A stretch of DNA of 64,000 nucleotides from positions 83,413 to 147,412 of the forward strand of contig JBAYJO010000002.1 of NCBI GenBank assembly GCA_041665085.1, read 5' to 3'. Shown here piece after piece: positions 19,201-28,207 of the stretch (the stretch's first letter is position 1; each line of letters begins with the position of its first letter). The translations under genes and the position numbers were made by a program. The DNA is from Patescibacteria group bacterium. Its GTDB lineage: Bacteria; Patescibacteriota; UBA1384; JBAYJO01. The notes under the pieces were generated by a model. The model searched no databases. It was not told the origin of the DNA and was given only the letters and a program-made list of their open reading frames with translations.

Positions 19201-22200
19201 ACTAGATCAGATGGATTTAAGCTAGATAAATTGATTGGACGATCAACACCTAGTAAATTTGACAGTTTAATTCCGCCGATTTCAGCAAGCAAGTACTTTC
19301 TTTCATCATTACTTTTTGCTGTTACTAATTTATATCCATAATCTTCCGGAAGGCCAAATTTATCTTCGATTCTTTTTCCACCGATTTTTGCAAATGGATC
19401 AAGCGAGCGGCCAATTAATATATTGTAAAGATCTTCTGTGGTCAGTTTTTGTCCCATGAAGTTTACATTGCTATCGTACAAGGAATCAGAGATTTTAAAT
19501 CCAAGTTGATATGCTCCAACTTTTTGGCAATATTCTGTAACTGTTATTTTTCCCGAAAGCATTTTTTGAGTTGTTCCATGTTCGATGGAAAGTTTGTCAT
19601 CGATTTCATTAAGGTTTGACGCATAGTCCTCCCAGAAGAGATCTTCGCTTAGTTGAATTAAATTCCACAGGAGAGGTGGCTTTCCAGCAGTAAGTTCATA
19701 AGGCATATTGAAGATTTCTGATACTCGTTTTTCAGTTTCTTGATCTGTTTCGCCGGTTGGTCTTGTTGCAACAAAAGCTGATTCAAGTTTCATCAAAAGC
19801 CCCATTGATTTATCTTGGTAGCTAGCAGTAGATACAAAACTTCCTGCCGGGAGATCCAGTTTTTCTTCGATAGCTGCTTGTCCAACAGATTGTTTTAGTG
19901 TGTCTTGGCTTTTAGTTGTTGCGGCCATGAAATATTGCAGAGAATTGGTAGGCATTTTTAAGGATTGTTCAGTTTTTCTGGCGGCAATAGTTTTGGCAAA
20001 ATTTTTAATTTCTTTTGGGTTTTTTGCTAAATATATTAAATCTTTTTTAGTGATAAGAGTTGTCGAATTATCCGGGGTTGATTGTGTACTCGGGTCAGAA
20101 TCAATAGCGTCATAGTTTTCTTCAATCTCTTCTCCTTTAACTATTTCTTTGATGTCTTTATTGATTACTTTTACATCTTCTTTTGTTTGATTTTTTATAC
20201 TTTCATTTTCCGGTTTATCAAGTTCTGCCTGAAATTTTTGCCAATTTTCTGTGATTCTTCCAACAGTTGGGCTAACTTGATTTATTGCCATATGTTTTGA
20301 AAGCAGATCAAATTCTTGTCTGATGTTTTTTACATAATCTTTCAAAACTGTTTTAGAGGAGTCGATTGAATTTATGTTTTTTTCTATATTTTCAGTACGC
20401 GACCGGATATCATTAACTCTTGTAGTATAGAAATTAATATCATTGTTAATTTTTATAAGTTTTTGAACCGAAGAACTGTCATTTAATTTTGTTTGTAATT
20501 TTTGACCAACTGTACTGTTCTTCAGTCCTTCGAATAAATAATGTTGACCTTCTTGTTTGAAGACATCGGATGTATTTCCAAATAAAAATATTTTATTTAT
20601 ATCTCCTGATTCTACGGTATAAAATTTCGATGTAAATTCATTTTCGTCTATGCTTGTCTTCTTGAATGCTTCGCTTAGTTTAAAATCAGGATTTGTTTTG
20701 ATATCAAATTGAGGTAGATGAAATGGATCATTGCTATACATAGATATTGATTCTATCGGTTCAATTTTGTTTATAAATACAAGATCTTTAGTCATTGTAT
20801 CTTTATATTGAAGGAGCCAGTGATAAAGTATTTCCCTTTGATCATCAGCGGTTGAAAGTACTTTAGATATTTCGTAAGCACCAATTGTTTCTAATTTTGA
20901 TCTATCTCCAGCTAAAAGCGGATCTATGCTTCCTTCAGGAATATCCAATGCTTCATCTCTTTTATTTCCTTGCGGCACTCCGCCTTCTTCTGTTGTGGCA
21001 GAATCACTAGGGTTTTTCGTACCAGCTGCAACATTCCAAGGATAATTTTTATATTGTTCAATTGTGCTTGCTTTTAACTCGTTTGTTATTTGTTCTTTAA
21101 GCCAAGCTACATTATGGTTGTTCAAAAAATTTGCTGTTGTATCTGTTTTGACTCCAAATCTTTCATCAGCAAGATATGGATTTGCTCTGATCCAATCTGC
21201 TCTTTCTTTTCCCATTGCAGTCATAAATTTATCAAAATCATTTGTTGCAAGGCTGTTTTCTTCAAGATATAGATTACCTTCAAGCAGTCTTTGTGCAATT
21301 CTTTCATTTAAACTAGCTGCCGATGTAATTTTGTCATAATCAAAAGTTCTAATTGGAAGATTTAATTCTTTTTCAATTTTTCGGGCACCTGCATTTCTTA
21401 AAATTTCAAGATTATTTTTTCCACTCAAACTTCCTGTTGGAAGTCCGAGCGATTGTTCGATGTAATACTGACCAATTGATGTTTCAAGTTCGTTAGTGTC
21501 ATTTCCCTGGATTGTTTGTCTTGGAACGCCAAGTTGATCGGCAATAATGGCGCGTCCGAGATTATCCATTATGTCGTCAAAATTTGTTCCTTGCCAACTA
21601 TGAGATGGGCTTTGAATGACTTGTTCAAATATTCCCCGTCCGATAAAGGTGGCGACATTAGATAGATTAATGGTGCTACTAAATTCATCTGAAGAATATT
21701 CATCTTGACTAATTCCAAGCTGATCAAGCAATTCTAAAAAGCTTACATTTGTAAGAGAATTTGCAAGCGCGTTGATTGATATTCCCAATGTTTCTTCGGA
21801 GCTGCCAAATTTGCCGCCTTGCCAGGAAATTTTGATTGCGCTTGGATTCATAGCTGTTGTTTCTGTTTTGGTAGTTCCAACCCAGTTTTTTTTAACTACT
21901 TTTACAGAACATCTCAAGTAGTCTACTGTTGCGACGTCAACTGCTTGGGAAAAACCCGAATCAGGATAAGCGTGCGAAAGAATTGAAGGTTCGGTCGATT
22001 TATTTACATCACTGTCTGATGCTACAATTTGTGATATTTGTATAAGCTCATGTCCGGCACCTCCCCTGTCTTTTGGTGTGACAAGATAAATTATAAAAGC
22101 CTTGACTCTTCGATCAACTTTATTTTGACGAATTGCTTCTAAGTCTTTTTGAGTAATAATCAATTTTTGCGTTTTATTGGCATAGTTCCAATAGGAATCA

Positions 22201-22541
22201 AAATATGATGTTGCAGCTCCATTAAAATCAGCATCAGCAAACACTCCTTGCCATTCTGGCGGGAATTCAATTACTCCGGAAATAGAGGTTTTGGTTAGTA
22301 TTGCTTGCATCTGGGAAAGTCGTTCACCGGTAAATGTAACCATTGCTGATTTATTTTTTTCACCGGGTTCGGCAATTCCGCCGGAAAGAGCAAGTTTGTC
22401 TTTTTCATTTAATAATTCTTCGCCAACATTTTCCGCTTGAGCCTTTTTTGCATTGTAAAAGTCACTAAAACCGGCAAAACTTGGTGTTAGAAGCGCGATG
22501 ATCATGTATGTAATTGTAATTTTTTGCCAATGCCTAAGCAT
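16218..22541 (-). CDS. Giant exported helical-repeat protein (2107 aa) with split LAS/M15-like peptidase motifs
   Basis: Signal-like N-terminus; recurring G-xxx-IE-xx-LGLP-x-GS repeats; SH...AVD near N-terminus and DHVHVGY at C-terminus. Confidence 0.6.
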   Translation of the reverse strand: MLRHWQKITITYMIIALLTPSFAGFSDFYNAKKAQAENVGEELLNEKDKLALSGGIAEPGEKNKSAMVTFTGERLSQMQAILTKTSISGVIEFPPEWQGVFADADFNGAATSYFDSYWNYANKTQKLIITQKDLEAIRQNKVDRRVKAFIIYLVTPKDRGGAGHELIQISQIVASDSDVNKSTEPSILSHAYPDSGFSQAVDVATVDYLRCSVKVVKKNWVGTTKTETTAMNPSAIKISWQGGKFGSSEETLGISINALANSLTNVSFLELLDQLGISQDEYSSDEFSSTINLSNVATFIGRGIFEQVIQSPSHSWQGTNFDDIMDNLGRAIIADQLGVPRQTIQGNDTNELETSIGQYYIEQSLGLPTGSLSGKNNLEILRNAGARKIEKELNLPIRTFDYDKITSAASLNERIAQRLLEGNLYLEENSLATNDFDKFMTAMGKERADWIRANPYLADERFGVKTDTTANFLNNHNVAWLKEQITNELKASTIEQYKNYPWNVAAGTKNPSDSATTEEGGVPQGNKRDEALDIPEGSIDPLLAGDRSKLETIGAYEISKVLSTADDQREILYHWLLQYKDTMTKDLVFINKIEPIESISMYSNDPFHLPQFDIKTNPDFKLSEAFKKTSIDENEFTSKFYTVESGDINKIFLFGNTSDVFKQEGQHYLFEGLKNSTVGQKLQTKLNDSSSVQKLIKINNDINFYTTRVNDIRSRTENIEKNINSIDSSKTVLKDYVKNIRQEFDLLSKHMAINQVSPTVGRITENWQKFQAELDKPENESIKNQTKEDVKVINKDIKEIVKGEEIEENYDAIDSDPSTQSTPDNSTTLITKKDLIYLAKNPKEIKNFAKTIAARKTEQSLKMPTNSLQYFMAATTKSQDTLKQSVGQAAIEEKLDLPAGSFVSTASYQDKSMGLLMKLESAFVATRPTGETDQETEKRVSEIFNMPYELTAGKPPLLWNLIQLSEDLFWEDYASNLNEIDDKLSIEHGTTQKMLSGKITVTEYCQKVGAYQLGFKISDSLYDSNVNFMGQKLTTEDLYNILIGRSLDPFAKIGGKRIEDKFGLPEDYGYKLVTAKSNDERKYLLAEIGGIKLSNLLGVDRPINLSSLNPSDLVNSVGNAHLEGTIGLISDSFSDNLDETISKNTYAFITGFGLPNILKNKIDIDWDQLRIDIVDQNLNSPTYKKFQQAINDKTQIVTWVKEAIAPMTKITDPDTYYTDNYLYLPLDKLRAQHYSEKLMNEARNFQYRLAEIDRNLSLVTGTTAKMLKGEITPKEYRSKTSKQVFTNLAATKLDQLLNLENKYNISLADPDHGLVATYNNLTSSDPAKQRIGTAQLYDNFSAAFSIDLDQTASFTPGTIKSIILNPAEAKNIMLNQGFIKIDSLLGLGPDCEKDDSCSDLSKYGFNGFTQKLFNAYQTQYDITCENPVDPSSCRKQATTATGRAAMGIIESGVELKVIEKIGSSSGILIPQEDAHRLIRGDYKIFAYVKFAEYAGNQLSAGIPNLPDDYKFTYNDFKYAIEGNAETESEIRKRAQALGAKEYEKLYPPTTILPPGTTSSLSDRIIINDPEATASKIYGYSQSVGTGDGQAYFPPPNDATLTLSALKGDGADLNSDISYYQTLPPDTLDINSSVIAEENLRQQALLGGIPASDVDAITADRATYATNQLEYATEIGDEAVLKQKKYWKTEPFYKLSDSMLWKNNPNIPHGFTRSMIEGNTVDRMMAMGGVIELTLKENNPDNKLIQALATGGTLPTLINYFSTSPDKRDFNAIKNSAICDTIDNYLNVEVFGNKGFPPPGFTLSLFAASQNHWNTDTRDVNGTDIGQSFQDVMKDYVWSSLMSKVDEWLKLDIGTAYQVYTMYKAYDAAHKAYIAAKAANDTKAQADASSDMKQVEGAVVSFVVQTIFKKQFAELDEKWGLMPGSTSGIAGSLIGWAFGTNPLIGLAIVLVINLFGMRIKSVDYRCSACGYYPNMGKDYTIAAGITKDAANFFRKKFNSNKIGKKPMLDNADESCTLPDFDPTNDVSYQDGLKAAATYKSKQIMQDALGIQDITGDEYLRPTQVIMYNFTSVEEEAERITDLYGSISERGYSGVWANDLLVDHVHVGY

Positions 22542-22553
22542 ATCCCTCTTTAT

Positions 22554-23828
22554 TTAAAATGTTGAAATTTCCCCTTGAACTTGTTGAGTCGAACTATCGC
22601 TGCTTTTTCCAAGCAAAAATAATTGCATCTCAAGCCAAAAACTTAAGTCGGATTCGAGTTGATATGACCTGCTAAATCTTTCACCCCCGGTGCTTAATTG
22701 AAAGTGTAATTGTCCTTCTGAAGGTATATCAGAAATGGTGCCGATTTGATCTCCTGCATTTACATTGAAACGATCCTCTGGTTTACTGGTTTTAATACCG
22801 GCAAGTATGACTGAAGCATTTGTTGTTGTGTCTCCGCTCTCTGCACTAGTTTCATCAGCATTGTTATTTGAAATAATTTCAATTCTTTCTTGGTCTGTCC
22901 CTCTGCCGTAAACATAGGCAATACCGGAAAGAGGCGCCCAAACAGGGCTGCCTTTTGCAATAGCTATATCAACGGCATCATTATATCTACCCAGATCACC
23001 AAAGTCGGGATTGAAAATTGATTTGTATACATTGTGATCTGCAACAGCACCGTTGTTGAATGCTGAAAATCCGTGTAAAGTTTTTCCATAACCAGTAATT
23101 AAAGTTGGATTGATCGGAAGAGTTGTTGTGGTGGAAAATGCCGATGTTTCAGAATCGGTTTTTGTTAATACTTTTCCATTAAAATTGTAAATTAATTGAA
23201 CCAAATATACAGATAAACTATCCGAGAGGTTGGATATTACGGTGTTGTTAGTGGCACTTGATCCTTGAGCAAGCACTATTTGATCAATTGTTGGAAGAAT
23301 TTTATTATTAATTAAATCATCACCATTTCGTAATTGTTGTTTTTTTCCTTCATCTGTTTCGGTTTCAAGTTTATTTTGAATTTCTTTACTAACTTTCTGA
23401 ACAGCTGTGCTGATTGAGCTTCCTTTGTTGGCAATTAATTCGGCATTCTTTTTTGGATCAGCTAAAGCCTCAATTTCTAAGGTATTTTTTTTATCTTCTA
23501 TTGTTCCGGTTGGGGTATCCGGACTGCATCTACCGCCATTACAACTTAATGCTGCAGCAAAAAAAGCAATTGCAATTGCTATTATGGCTATTATTATTAC
23601 AATTGGAATCCAATAAGGAGAAAGTGCAGCCCACGCAGCAGTTGCTGCTGCTTTTATTCCCGATTTCCAGATAGTTTCTACTATAAATTTCTTAAATCTA
23701 TCTTTGAGAATAGCTTTAGCTTTTTCTGCAGCTTGCTCTTTGAGATTATTAACAACACCCGGCCCTGTTCCTTTGTTGTTGTTTTCTATCTCTTGGTTGT
23801 CCTCTTGTGGTTGTCCTAAGTCTGCCAT
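22554..23828 (-). CDS. Membrane-anchored protein with degenerate M23/LytM-like domain
   Basis: TM helix; AVDIAIAKGSPVWAPLSG, VNAGDQIG, QLHFQL. Confidence 0.6.
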   Translation of the reverse strand: MADLGQPQEDNQEIENNNKGTGPGVVNNLKEQAAEKAKAILKDRFKKFIVETIWKSGIKAAATAAWAALSPYWIPIVIIIAIIAIAIAFFAAALSCNGGRCSPDTPTGTIEDKKNTLEIEALADPKKNAELIANKGSSISTAVQKVSKEIQNKLETETDEGKKQQLRNGDDLINNKILPTIDQIVLAQGSSATNNTVISNLSDSLSVYLVQLIYNFNGKVLTKTDSETSAFSTTTTLPINPTLITGYGKTLHGFSAFNNGAVADHNVYKSIFNPDFGDLGRYNDAVDIAIAKGSPVWAPLSGIAYVYGRGTDQERIEIISNNNADETSAESGDTTTNASVILAGIKTSKPEDRFNVNAGDQIGTISDIPSEGQLHFQLSTGGERFSRSYQLESDLSFWLEMQLFLLGKSSDSSTQQVQGEISTF

Positions 23829-23829
23829 T

Positions 23830-24981
23830 TTAATTCCACCCTGTTAATAAATCGATTTCATAAAAATTATTATTAGCTATGTAGTAAGCTTTGTTGCTAT
23901 CTATTACGATAATTTGTGAAATAGCACCTAATACGGTTGTTTGAAACGGAATCATTTTTGATTGGGTTAAATCTATTAAATATAATGTATTATTATCAAA
24001 AGCTACCAATTTATTGCTTTCTTTAATCCAACTTATTTGTTTGACATTTGATTTTGCAGATAAATTATAAACCAATTCACCATTAAATTTTATAATTTTT
24101 AAATTATTGTCAGTATTATTAACTATTATGTATTCATTTTCAGGCGAAGGAAGAAAGTCAGAGACTTGTTCGGCAATTTTTTTGGTTTCAAGCGTGGTTA
24201 AATCAAGTAAATATAAATCATTTTCAGCGATTAGGACTTTTAAACCATCAGGTGTGAACATAAGTTTTGGGTTATTTAAATTTAGACTTTTCAGGTTCAA
24301 AATTATTTTTGAATTTTGCCCATTGTTATCAGAGAGAATTAATAATTTTTCTCCGCTGTCAGGATATGAAGTATAGGCTATTTTGTCTTGATCCGGGGAA
24401 AGAGCAAAATCATTTATTTTAGTTGCAATGGATTTTTGAGTCTGATTGACAAGATCATATCGTCTAAATTCATAGAAAAATAATTCATTTCCTCTTTGGA
24501 CCAAACAATTTTGTTCATCCGGAAAAAAAACAATTTTTGAAGCGTTGCCAAAGTTTTCGGATGTTATTTTTTGATCTTGGTTATTTATGTGTTTGTAAAG
24601 AGCGCCATTTGAAAGATAGTAAATATTGTCTTTGTATTTTGTTACATATGCGGCATTTTTTGCAATTTCTATAGGTTTTGGCAATTCCGCAAGAATTGGC
24701 GAAATGGTTGTTGTAATTCCCGGGTTTATTTTAATATTTCTAAAAAAAGAAACAAAACCATCTTTTGCAACTTTAATTATATAATTACCGGTTTTAAGTT
24801 TTGCGTTTAAAGTAATAGGTTTTTCATTAGCATAAACAGTTACCTCTTTAGGGGTTGATTCGATATTTAAAGTTCCTTTGGAAAAGAAATAGATATACCC
24901 GAGAGTTACAAAAATTAGCAAACCTAAAACTAAAGGGATTGCTTTGATTTTTGCAGATAATCTAAACTTGGAGAACGCCAA
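23830..24981 (-). CDS. PEGA-domain plus TolB-like beta-propeller membrane-anchored protein
   Basis: TM, KGTLNIESTP..GNYIIKVAKDGF (PEGA), repeated FPD/SPD/TPD/SPE blades. Confidence 0.7.
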   Translation of the reverse strand: MAFSKFRLSAKIKAIPLVLGLLIFVTLGYIYFFSKGTLNIESTPKEVTVYANEKPITLNAKLKTGNYIIKVAKDGFVSFFRNIKINPGITTTISPILAELPKPIEIAKNAAYVTKYKDNIYYLSNGALYKHINNQDQKITSENFGNASKIVFFPDEQNCLVQRGNELFFYEFRRYDLVNQTQKSIATKINDFALSPDQDKIAYTSYPDSGEKLLILSDNNGQNSKIILNLKSLNLNNPKLMFTPDGLKVLIAENDLYLLDLTTLETKKIAEQVSDFLPSPENEYIIVNNTDNNLKIIKFNGELVYNLSAKSNVKQISWIKESNKLVAFDNNTLYLIDLTQSKMIPFQTTVLGAISQIIVIDSNKAYYIANNNFYEIDLLTGWN

Positions 24982-25137
24982 TTTGTCCCCTCCTCACCAT
25001 TAATCTTCTTCTTGATTATATATTTTAATAACTCTTTTGTAAAAGTGTGGAAATCATTTTTAGTTTGTTGATACGTCTCTTGATTTTTTAACCAAATCGG
25101 TATAAAATATAGCCATCTGATTTCTGGAGGAGATAGG

Positions 25138-25914
25138 ATGAAAACAGTTACTCTGGTATTGTTGGTTTGTTTGTCATTGGTGTCGGTGGCTCATGCGGAC
25201 AAAGTCTTGATGAAAGCCGATCTGAACAAGGACGGCAAACAGGAGAGTGTCATCAAGACAGATTACTCATATGGAAGTGGCGGGAGCTTCTATTTCATTT
25301 ATGTCAAAGCAGGATCTAAGGATCTGTTTTACCAAGGGTTCTGCTTGGGCAACGGCGATTTCCTTGTCCGCGATGTCAATCCTCGTTATCCGGGCAAGGA
25401 GATTGTGGTGTGGTATAAGTCTGATGAGAAGCCCTACCGCTTCGAAATCACTTGGTGGGGTTGGGATAAGACAATTGGGCACTACTCAATGTATAGTGCG
25501 GTGCTTTCGAAGAAGACTACTTGGCAAGCGGCGCTGAAGGAGTATGAAGGAAAAGAAGAGAAGATCCCGTTTTGCCAGATGATTGCTCGAGCTAGAATCT
25601 TGCTCTCATCGTTGAAGAATAAGGATATTTCGGCTGTTGATCGTGCGCTGGGTCCTGGTATGGAAGGAACTTACGAGAAGTATAACGATCAGATGTGGCC
25701 GGAACCGGGCTCGACTGCCTTTCAAAACCAGTTTTTCTGTAAGTTGATAGATTGGCCTCAAGGTAAAGGCAACGACTGGTTTTGTAGTGTTGTTTTCGAG
25801 GGGATAGAACCTAGAAAAGGATGGGATAGCGGCTATTCTATACAGATAAACTACATATCCGAGTCCCACCATCAATATCCTCGCGACTGGGAACCTTGGA
25901 CACCGGGAGGATAA
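25138..25914 (+). CDS. Secreted hypothetical protein (GC-rich, inserted antisense in T4SS locus)
   Basis: Signal peptide ending AHA, DLNKDGKQE Ca-binding-like motif, GGAGG SD, own promoter and terminator. Confidence 0.7.
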   Translation: MKTVTLVLLVCLSLVSVAHADKVLMKADLNKDGKQESVIKTDYSYGSGGSFYFIYVKAGSKDLFYQGFCLGNGDFLVRDVNPRYPGKEIVVWYKSDEKPYRFEITWWGWDKTIGHYSMYSAVLSKKTTWQAALKEYEGKEEKIPFCQMIARARILLSSLKNKDISAVDRALGPGMEGTYEKYNDQMWPEPGSTAFQNQFFCKLIDWPQGKGNDWFCSVVFEGIEPRKGWDSGYSIQINYISESHHQYPRDWEPWTPGG

Positions 25915-25955
25915 TAGAAAACTGGTGTACGGGCGAATAGTTCATGCACATACAC

Positions 25956-25982
25956 TTCGGGCCCCGCTTCGCGGGGCCCGAA
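25956..25982. terminator. Intrinsic terminator hairpin between convergent genes
   Basis: TTCGGGCCCCGCTTCGCGGGGCCCGAA perfect stem. Confidence 0.75.
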
Positions 25983-25995
25983 CTATTATATATAT

Positions 25996-27012
25996 TTAAT
26001 TGAATTTATAAAGATAATTATTTGAAAGAAAATAAATCAAATTATTGCTGTCCAGCAGGATAGTGGTTGGATCTAAATTTTCTCCTATAAATTGTTTTTG
26101 TTCAATTGTGTTGGTCTTGGTGTCGGCGATAAATATATTATCCTCTGAAGTGACCTTATTATTTAAGCTATAATAAAGTTTATCGCTAATTAGATTAAAT
26201 TTATCTAGATTTTGGTTGTTTGTAATATTGTTGATTTTAAAGATTGATCCGTCGGTTGTATTGATTATTTCAAAAATATTATTATCTTCTTTTTTATACT
26301 GAATCAATATTTTTTGTTCTGACGGGTATATTTTTTCAGTTATAAAAACATTTTCATAAAGAATATCCTTTTTTTTACTTTTCAGGTTTAATCTTACAAA
26401 GTCAACTAACATATCTTCTTTGACGTTTTCACAATAAATATCTTGAGTATCGGGGTTGTAATATTTGAATTCATCACAATTTTCCGGGTCGCTGATTTTT
26501 TGAAAGTTAGTTCCGTCCCAATCAGATTGGTTAATAGATACTTTACTAACATCTAAATATTCATAAATTAATTTATCGTCTGACCAGTAAGGATCGAAAA
26601 TATTTTCATTTAATTTACTAAGCTTTTCCTGTTCTAAATTGTAAGTATAAAAAATTTCAAGATTATTTATCTGATCAGTAGTGTTCATTAAAATGAGTTT
26701 TTTGTCATTTGACCAACTAACATAATTAATATAAGGAACATCTATAGGATAATTCTTAATGGTTGTTTTGTCTTTTAAAGAATATTTAATAATTGCTTGT
26801 TCCTTTCCAGCGATATATAATAGTTCCGAATTTTCATTTATAGTGGGAAAAAATATAGTATCATTTAAAATTTGTTTAGCATTTGTAGTTTTTGTTGAAT
26901 TAGTATTATTGTTATTTTTGTTTTTATTTAGAAGTAAAAACATAATTAAAAGTCCAAAAAATAAGATTATGATTGTGATAATTAATATTATTTTTTTTCG
27001 ATTATTTAACAT
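25996..27012 (-). CDS. Membrane-anchored beta-propeller-like hypothetical protein
   Basis: N-terminal TM, Asn/Thr linker, WS-D-type blades; start placed at MLNNRKK. Confidence 0.55.
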   Translation of the reverse strand: MLNNRKKIILIITIIILFFGLLIMFLLLNKNKNNNNTNSTKTTNAKQILNDTIFFPTINENSELLYIAGKEQAIIKYSLKDKTTIKNYPIDVPYINYVSWSNDKKLILMNTTDQINNLEIFYTYNLEQEKLSKLNENIFDPYWSDDKLIYEYLDVSKVSINQSDWDGTNFQKISDPENCDEFKYYNPDTQDIYCENVKEDMLVDFVRLNLKSKKKDILYENVFITEKIYPSEQKILIQYKKEDNNIFEIINTTDGSIFKINNITNNQNLDKFNLISDKLYYSLNNKVTSEDNIFIADTKTNTIEQKQFIGENLDPTTILLDSNNLIYFLSNNYLYKFN

Positions 27013-27025
27013 GTTTTCCTTTCTA

Positions 27026-28207
27026 TTAAGGGCAGACAGCACCTTTGCTTTTTAAATAATAAATATGACTACCAAGAAAAGCAGAAGGATTTAATAAAGA
27101 TGCAATTGGGTAGATTGGATTGCGATTCATGGGATCAGCTAAAATAAAATTTGTATTATCCGGACTAACTCCTATTATTAGCACTCTATGCGCGCTACTT
27201 GTAAACGATTTTCTTCCTGGAATGTTGGCTGTTGTGTTTGCTCCAATGACTACTGGGATTTGTTGGTTTAAATAACATTTTATTTTTTCTAGTGTCGGCG
27301 GGCGTTTAGCAGAACCAAGTGGTACATATTTTATTTTTCCAGACAATTCTGTTGGTGTTGAGGTTGGAAGTCCCCATGACATATTATTGCCTCCCGGTGT
27401 GTATAAATCCCAAACTGTATCAGGAATAATGATTTGTTTCTGCATGGCATAATTTACTGCCATGCAAACCGAAGTGACAGCGCATCCAACTCTTCGAACC
27501 AAAGGATTGCTTGCCTCTGTTTGATATAGTCTGTAAGGATTAAAATTAGCAAGGCTTCCAGCAATAATATTTTCGATTTCATAGAAATATTGGTATGCTT
27601 CTATTACTCTCCCAACATAAGGCCTTGTTTCTTTGAATGTTTGGCCAACAGACCATGGTTTGCCCGAATTGTATCTTGAGGCTGCATCGCGTAATTTATC
27701 TAAATCAGTTGTATTTCCACCCGCACCATTCATAGCGCATAGATGTGCGGCAGCGAAGGCCGAATCCCAGATATTTTGTATTTCCATTCGTCCATCACCG
27801 TTACCATCTTGTTTGTGACCTTCCCATGTTATTGGCATAAATTGAAATGGTCCGCTTGCTCCGACTGTAGATGATGCCCAAGGTCCTGTAATGTCCGGCC
27901 AAGGAATACTTGGATTAAAATGAAAATCTGAATGGCCTCCTCCATGTTCCCCACCCATGAACATCGCGGCAATAAAAGCAGGTTGTACTTTCCATTTTTC
28001 TCCTGCTGCTGAAAACACTTTCGCATATTCTTCAGGAATATTTTTGAGTCCACCCTCGGCAAACATCTCAGCGGTTTTGCCGGGATTGTCGCTTTGGTTT
28101 CCGGCAAATAGGCCAAGAGCAAACATTGCTCCGATTGCAACAAAAACTACAACAATAATTATAATTACAATTTGAATAAATCCTTGATTTTTCTTTTCGC
28201 TTTTCAT
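27026..28207 (-). CDS. VirB1-like lytic transglycosylase fused to C39-like cysteine peptidase domain
   Basis: SSTVGASGPFQFMPITW, DGNGDG, AAAHL, YN (SLT); YQ..GCAVTSVCM, HRVLIIG, LADP (C39-like). Confidence 0.75.
   Translation of the reverse strand: MKSEKKNQGFIQIVIIIIVVVFVAIGAMFALGLFAGNQSDNPGKTAEMFAEGGLKNIPEEYAKVFSAAGEKWKVQPAFIAAMFMGGEHGGGHSDFHFNPSIPWPDITGPWASSTVGASGPFQFMPITWEGHKQDGNGDGRMEIQNIWDSAFAAAHLCAMNGAGGNTTDLDKLRDAASRYNSGKPWSVGQTFKETRPYVGRVIEAYQYFYEIENIIAGSLANFNPYRLYQTEASNPLVRRVGCAVTSVCMAVNYAMQKQIIIPDTVWDLYTPGGNNMSWGLPTSTPTELSGKIKYVPLGSAKRPPTLEKIKCYLNQQIPVVIGANTTANIPGRKSFTSSAHRVLIIGVSPDNTNFILADPMNRNPIYPIASLLNPSAFLGSHIYYLKSKGAVCP

Noticed and set aside
16218-22541. Intein, or phage tape-measure protein
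   Set aside because: No intein block A or terminal HN-C/S/T junction and no LAGLIDADG motif seen; has a signal-like N-terminus and no phage genes nearby
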